Origin: Candidatus Polarisedimenticolaceae bacterium
GTDB taxonomy: Bacteria; Acidobacteriota; Polarisedimenticolia; Polarisedimenticolales; DASRJG01
Assembly (NCBI GenBank): GCA_035649595.1
Contig: DASRJG010000082.1
Span: 10,141 to 74,140, forward strand
DNA length: 64,000 nucleotides
Direction of reading: 5' to 3'
Shown one piece after another: positions 47,753 through 55,789 of the stretch. Each line of letters opens with the position of its first letter. Within the stretch, counting starts at the first letter, position 1. The notes beneath the pieces were generated by a model that did not search any database, had not been told where the DNA came from, and saw nothing but the letters and a program-made list of their open reading frames with translations. A program made the position numbers and the translations under genes.

Positions 47753-48889
47753 ATGCACAGACCGACCGTCATCCTCTTTTCTTTGCTTCTCGCGTTCGGG
47801 ACTGCACCCGCTGCGGATCCGATTCCCATCAAGATCTCTTCCGAGATCAAGTCCTTCGACGTCGTGCCGACCGCGACGGGCTACGCCGCCGTCTTCCTCC
47901 AGGGTCAAATCGTCGCGTTCCAGATTCTCGATGCGACCGGCCAGCCCACCGGAGGGGAGATCGAGCTGGGGAATCTCGGGGTGCAAGACCCAACCAAGGT
48001 GGCACTCGTCCAGGCGGGGAATGGATTCGTGGTGTACCTGAGCGGGAACGCCGGGCAAGGGGGGCTGAACGCGCTCACGGTCGGTCCTGACGGCGCGGAG
48101 ATCGGCACGATGAAGCAGGTCGTCACGAACGATATCCACGAGGTCCTCGGGGACTGGGACGTCACCGATGCGGGAAGCACGCACCTGCTCGTGTACAGCA
48201 AGGTCGGATCGCTCTTCGGTGGGTGGCCGATCTCCCGTCTCTTCGCCCAGATGGTGGGCCTCGACGGCGCCCCATCGGGCGATCCGCATGCGCTCAGCTA
48301 CGGACAATACTTGATGGGATCCGTGAACCTTTCCGCGACGAGCACAGGATTCCTCGCAGCCTGGCACGAGTTCGATGAGGGCGTGCGGACGCGCCCTGTC
48401 CTGAGCGACGGTCGCGCCGGCCCTCCCGGCCCGGAGAGAATCCCAGGGAGCAGGTGCTCGGGGTCGGTGGCGGCCTACGGCGGCACCGGTCGGGGGGCGA
48501 TCGTCTATATCGGGGACTGCGCGTCGCGGAAACCGGTGTTGCGCCTGCGCGTGGGCAACGAGTACACGGATCCGATCCCGCTCGACATCGACGACCGCAA
48601 ACGCTACCGCGATTCGTTCGATGCGGACGGCCCGCGGGACGACGTTGGTGTCGCAATGGAACTGCAGCCGCTCCTTCCGGGCCCGGGTTTCTGGGGGACC
48701 TGGCTGTTCGGTCAGTACGACACCGGGGGAAACCGTCGGGGACCGTTTCTCGACTTGGGCGCCTACGGGGTGACGAGCTACAAAGTGCAGGTCCTGTGGG
48801 ACGCGGCGCGCGCGACCTACCTGCTCCATTGGTTGGGCGGTGGGCCTCAAGGCCAAGGCGCGTACACGCTGCGCGTGCCCGCGAACTAG
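47753..48889 (+). CDS. Secreted repeat (propeller-like) protein, paralog B
   Basis: Signal peptide MHRPTVILFSLLLAFGTAPA. Blocks shared with paralog A include PTATGYAAV, LDATGQP, GFVVY, HLLVY, GFLAAW, YGGTG, DPIPLDID, ADGPRD and YTLRVP. The stop lies 17 nt from the tRNA 3' end. Confidence 0.7.
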   Translation: MHRPTVILFSLLLAFGTAPAADPIPIKISSEIKSFDVVPTATGYAAVFLQGQIVAFQILDATGQPTGGEIELGNLGVQDPTKVALVQAGNGFVVYLSGNAGQGGLNALTVGPDGAEIGTMKQVVTNDIHEVLGDWDVTDAGSTHLLVYSKVGSLFGGWPISRLFAQMVGLDGAPSGDPHALSYGQYLMGSVNLSATSTGFLAAWHEFDEGVRTRPVLSDGRAGPPGPERIPGSRCSGSVAAYGGTGRGAIVYIGDCASRKPVLRLRVGNEYTDPIPLDIDDRKRYRDSFDADGPRDDVGVAMELQPLLPGPGFWGTWLFGQYDTGGNRRGPFLDLGAYGVTSYKVQVLWDAARATYLLHWLGGGPQGQGAYTLRVPAN

Positions 48890-48906
48890 ACCGGCGTTCG
48901 ATTCGT

Positions 48907-48993
48907 TGGTGCCGAAGGGGGGACTCGAACCCCCGCGGGCTTGCGCCCACTAGATCCTGAATCTAGCGCGTCTACCAATTCCGCCACTTCGGC
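48907..48993 (-). tRNA. tRNA-Leu (anticodon CAG), class II with long variable arm, CCA encoded
   Basis: Reverse complement reads GCCGAAGTGGCGGAATTGGTAGACGCGCTAGATTCAGGATCTAGTGGGCGCAAGCCCGCGGGGGTTCGAGTCCCCCCTTCGGCACCA. Acceptor 7 bp, anticodon loop TTCAGGA, T arm GGGGG/CCCCC. Closely resembles E. coli tRNA-Leu(CAG). Confidence 0.95.
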
Positions 48994-49007
48994 AAGAAGG
49001 CCGCGTT

Positions 49008-49037
49008 ACACTAGCAACCGCTTCCGCGCAGTGTCAA
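49008..49037 (-). promoter_or_regulatory. Putative sigma70-type promoter of tRNA-Leu
   Basis: The minus strand reads TTGACA (49037-49032), an 18-nt spacer, then TAGTGT (49013-49008). The -10 ends 14 nt upstream of the tRNA 5' end. Confidence 0.5.
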
Positions 49038-49053
49038 GAATCCAGGGGTCAGT

Positions 49054-50937
49054 ATGCGTCGAGCGAAGACGGCGAGGCCGCGCCGGCCTCAGAGCCGTCG
49101 AGGCGGACGGCCGTCCGCATTGTCCGCGGCGATCGAGAGGCGGCCGGCGCGCGCGGAGCGCGAGCGGCCGGTTCCCAAGGACGTGGTGATCGGGATCTTC
49201 CAGCGCGGAGGTCTCGTTGTGCCGTTCGACCCTGCGGACGGACCGGCGCTCGCGGTGTCGCCTTCGGCGCGCTCGGGCGCGCAGCCGGGGGATGCGGTCG
49301 TCGCGACGATCGTGCGCGGGGGCAGGGGAGGCTCGGAGCTGCGCATCACCGAGGTGCTGGGGCCGGTCGAGGCGCCGGGAATCGACGTGCAGGTGGTCGC
49401 GCGGCGTCACGCGCTTCGCCGCGAGTTCCCCGAAGAGGTGCGCATCGCCGCCGCACGCATGCCGCGGAAGATCCCGCCGAAGGAGATCGCGGCACGCGAG
49501 CGTTTCGACGACCCGGCGGCGGTGACGATCGACGGCGAGACCGCGCGGGACTTCGATGACGCCGTCGCGGTCGGGGATCTTCCGGGCGGGGGATTCCGGC
49601 TGTTCGTCCACGTCGCGGACGTCTCGTACTACGTCAAGCCGGGGGACGTGATCGATGCGGAAGCCCGCGCGCGCGGGACGAGCGTCTACTTCCCCAACCG
49701 CGTCTATCCGATGATGCCGGAGAGGCTGGCCGACGACCTCTGCTCGCTGCGGCCCGGGGAGGACCGGCTGGTCCAGTCCGTGATCGTCGACTACGACCGG
49801 AAGGGCGAGGTCGTCGGGACCCGCTTCGCCGACGGCGTGATCCGCTCCGCGGCGCGCCTGACCTACACGCAGGTCGCGGGGCTCATCGAGGGGAGCGAAA
49901 GCCGGGCTCCGCTCCCGGCCGAGATCGCGGCGATGCTGCGGCGCGCCGAGGCGCTGCGCGACCTGCTGGAGACGCGCCGCCATGCGCGCGGGAGCATCGA
50001 CTTCGACCTCCCGGCGCCGATGATCCTGCTGGACGTCGAGGGGGCGATGACGGGGATCCGGATCGAGCCCCGCAATCGCGCGCACCGGATGATCGAGGAG
50101 TTCATGCTCGCCGCGAACGAATCGGTCGCGGGCTGGCTCTCGGCGCGGAAGGTCCCCTGCCTGTTCCGAGTCCACGAGAATCCGGACCCGCTCAAGATCG
50201 AGGGGCTCGAGGCGTTCGCGCGGTCGCTGTCGCTGACCTTGAAGTCGGGGCGCGACGGGGTGCGGCCGAAGGACATCCAGAAGCTGCTCGACGACGCGGA
50301 GGGGATGCCGGCGTATCCGGTGGTGACGCAGCTCGCGCTTCGCTCGATGAAGCAGGCGCGGTACAGCCCGGAGGACTCGGGGCACTTCGGGCTCGCCGCC
50401 CCTCACTACCTGCACTTCACCTCGCCGATCCGCCGGTATCCGGACCTGGTCGCGCACCGCGCGCTGCGGGCGGCGCGACACCGCGCGAAGCCGGCGGTAC
50501 GCGGCGATCTGGAGCCCCTGGCCGACGCGTGCTCGAAGCTGGAGCGCGAGGCGGAGGCCGCGGAGCGGGAGCTGCTCGACTGGAAGAAGGTCAAGTTCCT
50601 GCGCGGACGGGAGGGGGAGGTCTTCGACGGGATCGTCACCGGCGTCGCGAGGTTCGGCGTCTTCGTGCAGCTCGACGGCGGGATCGCCGAGGGCTTGATC
50701 CGTGTCGAGCGGCTCGGCCCCGAATGGATCGAGTTCGATCCGGTGCGACACGAATTGCGCGGATCGTCGAGCGGACGGGTCTGGAGGCTCGGCGATCCGC
50801 TCCGCGTGCGCGTCGAGCGGGTGGACGCCGTCCTGCGCCGCGTCGATCTGCTCCTCGTCGAGGAGCGTCCCGCGGCTCGCGAGGCCTCCCTATCACGGAA
50901 CCGGCCTCGCAAACGGGACAATCGAGGTCGGCGCTAG
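49054..50937 (+). CDS. rnr: Ribonuclease R
   Basis: RNB-domain motifs (DGETARDFDDAV, HVADVSYYV, VYFPNRVYPMMPERL, HFGLAAPHYLHFTSPIRRYPDL), a C-terminal S1 domain (GVFVQLD) and a basic tail. Confidence 0.92.
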   Translation: MRRAKTARPRRPQSRRGGRPSALSAAIERRPARAERERPVPKDVVIGIFQRGGLVVPFDPADGPALAVSPSARSGAQPGDAVVATIVRGGRGGSELRITEVLGPVEAPGIDVQVVARRHALRREFPEEVRIAAARMPRKIPPKEIAARERFDDPAAVTIDGETARDFDDAVAVGDLPGGGFRLFVHVADVSYYVKPGDVIDAEARARGTSVYFPNRVYPMMPERLADDLCSLRPGEDRLVQSVIVDYDRKGEVVGTRFADGVIRSAARLTYTQVAGLIEGSESRAPLPAEIAAMLRRAEALRDLLETRRHARGSIDFDLPAPMILLDVEGAMTGIRIEPRNRAHRMIEEFMLAANESVAGWLSARKVPCLFRVHENPDPLKIEGLEAFARSLSLTLKSGRDGVRPKDIQKLLDDAEGMPAYPVVTQLALRSMKQARYSPEDSGHFGLAAPHYLHFTSPIRRYPDLVAHRALRAARHRAKPAVRGDLEPLADACSKLEREAEAAERELLDWKKVKFLRGREGEVFDGIVTGVARFGVFVQLDGGIAEGLIRVERLGPEWIEFDPVRHELRGSSSGRVWRLGDPLRVRVERVDAVLRRVDLLLVEERPAAREASLSRNRPRKRDNRGRR

Positions 50938-50994
50938 CCCCCCGGCGGGTGTACTCTCCGCTCCACGGGTCTCTCGATCGCAAAGGAGCGCGCC

Positions 50995-51498
50995 ATGGGC
51001 TACGTCGCGGCCGACATCATGTCGAAGGAGGTCCTGTGCGTCACCAAGGACGCCGATCTCCGCGATCTGGCCAAGCTGTTCCTGGCCAAGCGGATAACGG
51101 GAGCGCCCGTGCTCGACCGAAACGGCGACCTGTGCGGCGTGATCTCGCAGACCGACCTGCTCTTCTACCAGCTCTCCCGCGACGACGAGCTGGTCGTCAC
51201 CTCGGACTTCTACCAGAGCGCGCGGGTCGAGGGGCGGTCGATCGGGAAGGGGTTCCAGATCGAGGACGTCAACACCGCCAAGGTGGAAGAAGTGATGACC
51301 CCGGTCGTCCACGCCGTCCTGCAGACGACCCCCGTCGAGGCGATCGCGCGCCTGATGATCCGGCGGCACATCCACCGCGTCATCGTCCGCCGCGGCAAGA
51401 AGGTCGTCGGCATCATCTCCGCCCTCGACGTGCTCCGCGTGTTCGGCGGGCACAAGGCGAGGAAGAAGGCCGCCAAGCGCCGCGCCCGCGCAGCCTGA
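50995..51498 (+). CDS. CBS-pair domain protein
   Basis: Two CBS motifs (ADIMSKEVLCV...ITGAPVLD..GDLCGVISQTDL and VMTPVVHAV...IHRVIVRRGKKVVGIISALDV). Confidence 0.8.
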   Translation: MGYVAADIMSKEVLCVTKDADLRDLAKLFLAKRITGAPVLDRNGDLCGVISQTDLLFYQLSRDDELVVTSDFYQSARVEGRSIGKGFQIEDVNTAKVEEVMTPVVHAVLQTTPVEAIARLMIRRHIHRVIVRRGKKVVGIISALDVLRVFGGHKARKKAAKRRARAA

Positions 51499-51565
51499 TC
51501 GGCGCGTCTTTGCCCGCGGGCTCGAGCGCCATTAGACTTTCCGCCGGTCCGATTCGAAGGAGGCG

Positions 51566-52234
51566 GTGTTTATGGATCGCTGGTGGCCCGACGGCACCGA
51601 GACGGGGTCCAGACTCTGGCAGGGTGTGCTCCTGATCGTCGCGACGGGATCGCTCCTCGGCATCGCGCAGAACGCGCTCGTCCAGCGCGGGGCGCCGAAG
51701 GAGGCGCTCGCGTGGCGGTACACGCCGCCGACGCTCGACGTCCTCCCGGACGCGCCGGCCGACGGCGTCGCCAACGGCGGCACCGCCCCGTCGTCGCCCA
51801 GCGCTCCCGGGACGGGGGGCGACATGAACGATCCCCTCGGCCTCGGCGGCGAGGGGACCGGCTTCGACATCCCCGACGTCGCCCGTCCGCTCCAGATCCA
51901 GATCACGCGCGTCAAGCAGTTCTTCGATGCCAAGAAGGCGACCATCATCGACGCCCGCGATCCCGAGGAGTACGCCGCGGGGCACATCCCCGGCGCGATC
52001 AACCTCCCGCACGATCAGGTGGCGCTCGACCCCGACCGCCTCGAGAAGTTCGATCCGCAGGGGAAGCCGATCATCGTCTACTGCGGCGGCGGGACCTGCG
52101 AGGCCTCGATGAACCTCGGCTTCGCGCTGGTCGCGGCCGGCAAGCACAAGGTGCTCGTCTTCATGGGGGGCTGGCCCGAGTGGGTGACCAAGGGCTACCC
52201 CGTCGCGAAGGGCCCGACGCCGGAGGGGGCGTGA
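51566..52234 (+). CDS. Membrane-anchored rhodanese-like sulfurtransferase domain protein
   Basis: N-terminal TM helix, IIDARDPEEYAAGHIPGAINLP and an active-site loop IIVYCGGGTCEAS. Confidence 0.8.
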   Translation: MFMDRWWPDGTETGSRLWQGVLLIVATGSLLGIAQNALVQRGAPKEALAWRYTPPTLDVLPDAPADGVANGGTAPSSPSAPGTGGDMNDPLGLGGEGTGFDIPDVARPLQIQITRVKQFFDAKKATIIDARDPEEYAAGHIPGAINLPHDQVALDPDRLEKFDPQGKPIIVYCGGGTCEASMNLGFALVAAGKHKVLVFMGGWPEWVTKGYPVAKGPTPEGA

Positions 52235-52671
52235 TGGGCGTGATCCGGGGCTTCTTCGCACACCCCACGGTCCGGCGCGGCGCGCAGCTGATCGCCGGGG
52301 CGATCTTCCTCGCCGCGGCGCTCCCGAAGATCGCCGATCTCTCCGCGTTCGCGACGAGCGTGCACAACTTCCGTCTGGAGCCGGTCATCCCGATCGTCGC
52401 GACGAACCTGCTCGCGATGACGATCCCCTGGACCGAGCTGGTCGCAGGCTTGGCGCTCGTCGCCGGCGTGCGTCCGCGGGCCGGCGCGCTCGTCTACACG
52501 ATCCTCCTCGGCGCGTTCACGATCGGCGTGATCGCCGCGATGGCGCGCGGGCTGTCGTTCGAGTGCGGCTGCTTCGGGAAGGCCAGCGCCGGGACCGTCG
52601 GCGCGAAGAAGCTGATGGAGAACCTCGCGATGCTCGCCGTGGGCGTGGTCGCGAGCGTCGAGAGGCGCTAG
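52234..52671 (+). CDS. MauE/DoxX-family membrane protein
   Basis: Four TM helices, PKIADLSAFATSVHNF, CGCFG motif and the common pairing with a rhodanese gene. Confidence 0.65.
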   Translation: MGVIRGFFAHPTVRRGAQLIAGAIFLAAALPKIADLSAFATSVHNFRLEPVIPIVATNLLAMTIPWTELVAGLALVAGVRPRAGALVYTILLGAFTIGVIAAMARGLSFECGCFGKASAGTVGAKKLMENLAMLAVGVVASVERR

Positions 52672-52940
52672 GCCGGCTTCGCGATCCGGGCGACGGCGTG
52701 AGCCAGGCGCGACTTCGTGCGCGACGCCGCGTTCTTGTGGATGACGCCGTGCTTGGCGGTCCGGTCCACCAGCGCGACCGTCTCCCGCATGATCCCCGCC
52801 GCCGCCTTCGCGTCGCCGCCCTCCAGCGCCTGCTTCATCTTCTTGAGCTGCGTGCGCAGCTTCCCCGCGTGGGCGCGGTTCCGCAGCCGGCGCTTCTGGT
52901 CCTGGCGGTTCTTCTTCAAGGCCGACGCGTGGGACGCCAT
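52668..52940 (-). CDS. rpsT: 30S ribosomal protein S20
   Basis: MASHASALKKNRQDQKRRLRNRAHAGKLRTQLKK...HKNAASRTKSRL. ATG at 52940 chosen. Confidence 0.9.
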   Translation of the reverse strand: MASHASALKKNRQDQKRRLRNRAHAGKLRTQLKKMKQALEGGDAKAAAGIMRETVALVDRTAKHGVIHKNAASRTKSRLAHAVARIAKPA

Positions 52941-53015
52941 GCGGGAATCCTCCGAAAGCCGCGGGATTCTAGAGGCCCCGCGCGGCGCCGTCAAGGCCGC
53001 CGGCCGGGGCTCTCC

Positions 53016-53846
53016 TCAAGGCTTCCCGAGCGTCGCCAGGCGGTCCTTCGCGATCCGCGCCTCGTCGGTCCCCGGGTAGGTCGCCGCCACGTACCGGAGC
53101 TGCTCGACCCCCTGGCCGATCTGATTGAGCTGGACGAAGGCCAGCGCCTTCTTGAGGTTCGCCGCGGCGGCCTTGTCGCTCTTCGGGTACTTGTCCAGCA
53201 TCGCGTCGAACGCCGCGATCGCCGTCTTGAACGCCCCCTGGCTGAAGTGGCACTCGCCGATCCAGTACATCGCGTTGTCGGCGAGCTCCGCCTCCGGGAA
53301 GCGCTCCGCGTACTCCTCGAACCCCTGGATCGCGAGGGCGTAGTTCCCCTTCGAGAAGTCCGAGTACGCGGAGGTGTAGAGCGCGTTCGGGTTCGGCGCC
53401 GCGCCCGAGGCCCCCGGCGTCGGCACGGGAACAGGCACCGGAACGGCCCCACCGCCGGCGTCCGGCGCCGGAACGGACGGCGGCGGGCTGGCGGCCGCAC
53501 CTCGCCGCTGGGCCTCGCGCGCCGCCTGGACGTCCTGGGAGAGCCGGTCCACGCGGCTGTTGACCTGGTCGATCTTGTCGGTGGTCGCCATCGACTGCGC
53601 GACGATCTCGTCCAGGCGAGCCCTGAAGTCGGCGATCTCGGAGCGCTTGACCGTCTCGCCGGAGCCGACCTGCGTCTCGAGCGCGGAGACCTTCTGCGAG
53701 AGGTCCGCCTGCGTCTTGGAGACCCCGGCGAGGGTCTGCTGGACGTCGGCGACGTCCTTCTGGAGCTGCCCGAACTGGTTCGGCATCACGCACCCCGCGC
53801 ACACGAGCAGCGCGGGGAGCGCGGCCGCAAGCGCGAGCCGGCTCAC
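53016..53846 (-). CDS. cpoB: Tol-Pal system protein CpoB/YbgF (coiled coil plus TPR)
   Basis: Lipoprotein-like signal, N-terminal coiled coil and C-terminal TPR (YTSAYSDFSKGNYALAIQGFEEY...AMYWIGECHF). Sits directly after pal with a GTGA overlap. Confidence 0.8.
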   Translation of the reverse strand: MSRLALAAALPALLVCAGCVMPNQFGQLQKDVADVQQTLAGVSKTQADLSQKVSALETQVGSGETVKRSEIADFRARLDEIVAQSMATTDKIDQVNSRVDRLSQDVQAAREAQRRGAAASPPPSVPAPDAGGGAVPVPVPVPTPGASGAAPNPNALYTSAYSDFSKGNYALAIQGFEEYAERFPEAELADNAMYWIGECHFSQGAFKTAIAAFDAMLDKYPKSDKAAAANLKKALAFVQLNQIGQGVEQLRYVAATYPGTDEARIAKDRLATLGKP

Positions 53847-54412
53847 GGCTTGATCAGGAACTCGGCGCGCCGGTTCTTCGCCCACGCCGTCTCGTCGTGG
53901 CCGGTATCGGCCGGCTTCTCCTCGCCGTAGGAGATCGCCACGAGCTTGCCCGCGTTGGCGCCCAGGCTCGCCAGGTAGCTCTTCACGGCGGTCGCGCGCC
54001 GATCCCCCAGCGCCACGTTGTAGCCGATCGAGCCGCGCTCGTCGCAGTGGCCGCCGATCTCGACCGTGTACTTCGCGTGCGATTGGATCCACGCCGCGTT
54101 CCCCTGCAGGATCGTCTTCGCGGTGTCGTCGATCGAGTCGTTGTTGTAGGCGAAGTAGACGGTCTTCAGGACTCCCGACCGGTTGAGGTCGTCGATGGAG
54201 GATTCGACCGGGGCCTTGTCCACTTGCGTCTTCGGGAAGGGCTCCGCGACCGGCGTCGGCGCCGTCTCGGCGGTGGTGGTGGGGGCGGTCTCGACGGGAG
54301 CGGTCGCGGTCTCGGGGGTGGTGGTCGTCTTGGCCTTGCTCGAGCATCCGGAAGCGAGGAGGCCGGCCCCGATCGCGACGGTGGCCAGCCAGACACACGT
54401 ACGGTTCGACAT
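53843..54412 (-). CDS. pal: Peptidoglycan-associated lipoprotein Pal (OmpA-C domain)
   Basis: Lipobox LLASGCSS and OmpA-like motifs (VYFAYNNDSI, IGGHCDERGSIGYNVALGDRRA, NRRAEF). AGGAGA RBS. Confidence 0.88.
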   Translation of the reverse strand: MSNRTCVWLATVAIGAGLLASGCSSKAKTTTTPETATAPVETAPTTTAETAPTPVAEPFPKTQVDKAPVESSIDDLNRSGVLKTVYFAYNNDSIDDTAKTILQGNAAWIQSHAKYTVEIGGHCDERGSIGYNVALGDRRATAVKSYLASLGANAGKLVAISYGEEKPADTGHDETAWAKNRRAEFLIKP

Positions 54413-54486
54413 GCCTCTCCTTTGTTCAGGCCGCGTCGGGAGTCTAACGAGCGGACGGCACGGCCGCAACACGATTCGCGGCGGGA

Positions 54487-55788
54487 TTACGGCGTCCGGT
54501 GCGACCAATCCGGCGTGATGCAATCCCCCCCGCGCGTGAGCCGGCGCACGTCGGTGCCGTCGGCGCGCATCGTGTAGAGGTCGTACGCCCCCGCGCGGTT
54601 GGAGGAGAACACCAGGTGGCGTCCGTCGGGGGACCAGCGCGGGTTCTCGTTGCTCCCCTCTCCGTGCGTGAGGGACGTCACCGCTCCGGATTGGATCTCG
54701 ATCACGACGATGTCGAACCGGCCGCCGCGGCGCGAGACGTAGGCGACCCGGTCCCCCTTGGGCGACCAGGCCGCGGCGTCGGCGTAATCGTCCCCGGAGC
54801 TCAGGCGCCGGACGTTGAGCCCCTCGGCGTCCATCACGTAGATCTGCGGCGACCCCGAGCGGTCCGAGGTGAAGGCGATCTCACGCCCGTTCGGCGCGAA
54901 CGACGGGCTCGCGTCGATCGCCGGCGAGCTCGTCAGCCGGCTGCTCCGCCCCGACGCCAGGTCCAGGATGTGGACGTCGCAGTTCCCCGAGGCGTTCGAG
55001 GCATAGACGATCCGGCGTCCATCGGGGGACCAGTCCGGGGAGATGTTCATGGTCCCGCCGGCGGTCTGCGCGCGCGTGATCTTCCCGTCGCTCTCGAGCA
55101 CGTCGATCGAGGGCGCGCCCGTGCGCCAGGACATGTAGGCGAGCCTCTGCGCGACCGGCGACCAGGTCGGCATCAGGTTGATCGATCCCGTGGACGTGAT
55201 CCGGCGCACGCGCTGGCCGTCGTAGTCCATCATGTAGATCTCTTTCCCCTTGCCGTGCTTCCCGACGAAGGCGATCCAGGTCATCGCGATCCCCGGCTGG
55301 CCGGTCAGCTGCTGGACGATGTCGTCCGCGTACTGGTGCGCGACGCGCCGCACCAGATCGGACGGGCCGCCGTAGCGGCGCTCGAACAGCGTCGTCGCGG
55401 GCGACGCGTTGACCAGCTTCCCCCGAAAGTCGATCCGGCCGCTCCCGGGGGCGAGCTTCCCGGACGCCACGGCCGCGGCGCCGATGCTCGCCCACTTGTC
55501 GGTCGCCGTCGTCTCCTTCGAGGTGGCGGCGAGCGGGTAGAGGGCGGGGTCGATCACCTCGAAGTAGCCGGAGTACGCGAGGTCGTCCCGGACGGTCGCG
55601 GCGATCTCCGCCGCGATCCCCCGGAGCGTCGGGTCTCCCTCCGGCTCCGGGACCGCGATCTTGATCCTGGTGAAGCCGGTCCCCGTGATGACGCCGGTGA
55701 CCCCGCCGGGCGGAGGGGGCGGCTCCCCTTGGCTTCCGGCCGGTCCCGCCGCGAGCGCCGCGGCGACGAGCAGGATCGCGCGCCGCAT
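54487..55788 (-). CDS. tolB: Tol-Pal system beta-propeller protein TolB
   Basis: Signal peptide, TolB N-domain and repeated P.WSPDG..iaf/y motifs (PTWSPVAQRLAY, PDWSPDGRRIVY, PSFAPNGREIAF, AAWSPKGDRVAY, PRWSPDGRHLVF). Confidence 0.9.
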   Translation of the reverse strand: MRRAILLVAAALAAGPAGSQGEPPPPPGGVTGVITGTGFTRIKIAVPEPEGDPTLRGIAAEIAATVRDDLAYSGYFEVIDPALYPLAATSKETTATDKWASIGAAAVASGKLAPGSGRIDFRGKLVNASPATTLFERRYGGPSDLVRRVAHQYADDIVQQLTGQPGIAMTWIAFVGKHGKGKEIYMMDYDGQRVRRITSTGSINLMPTWSPVAQRLAYMSWRTGAPSIDVLESDGKITRAQTAGGTMNISPDWSPDGRRIVYASNASGNCDVHILDLASGRSSRLTSSPAIDASPSFAPNGREIAFTSDRSGSPQIYVMDAEGLNVRRLSSGDDYADAAAWSPKGDRVAYVSRRGGRFDIVVIEIQSGAVTSLTHGEGSNENPRWSPDGRHLVFSSNRAGAYDLYTMRADGTDVRRLTRGGDCITPDWSHRTP

Positions 55789-55789
55789 C

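Larger units (their letters stand above)
44756..48906 (-). mobile_element. Degenerate, integrase-less tandem island / cassette array at the tRNA-Leu 3' end
   Basis: Three direct repeats of the tRNA 3' portion delimit segments of about 1.1, 1.3 and 1.6 kb downstream of the intact tRNA. No integrase, excisionase or transposase is readable in any frame. Confidence 0.4.

Noticed and set aside
44660-48993. An integrase, excisionase, transposase or toxin-antitoxin gene within the repeat-bounded array
   Set aside because: I read all six frames of the supplied translations in this interval. No R..H..R..Y integrase-like, DDE or HTH-excisionase-like sequence was recognisable. Very degraded remnants cannot be excluded without profile searches.
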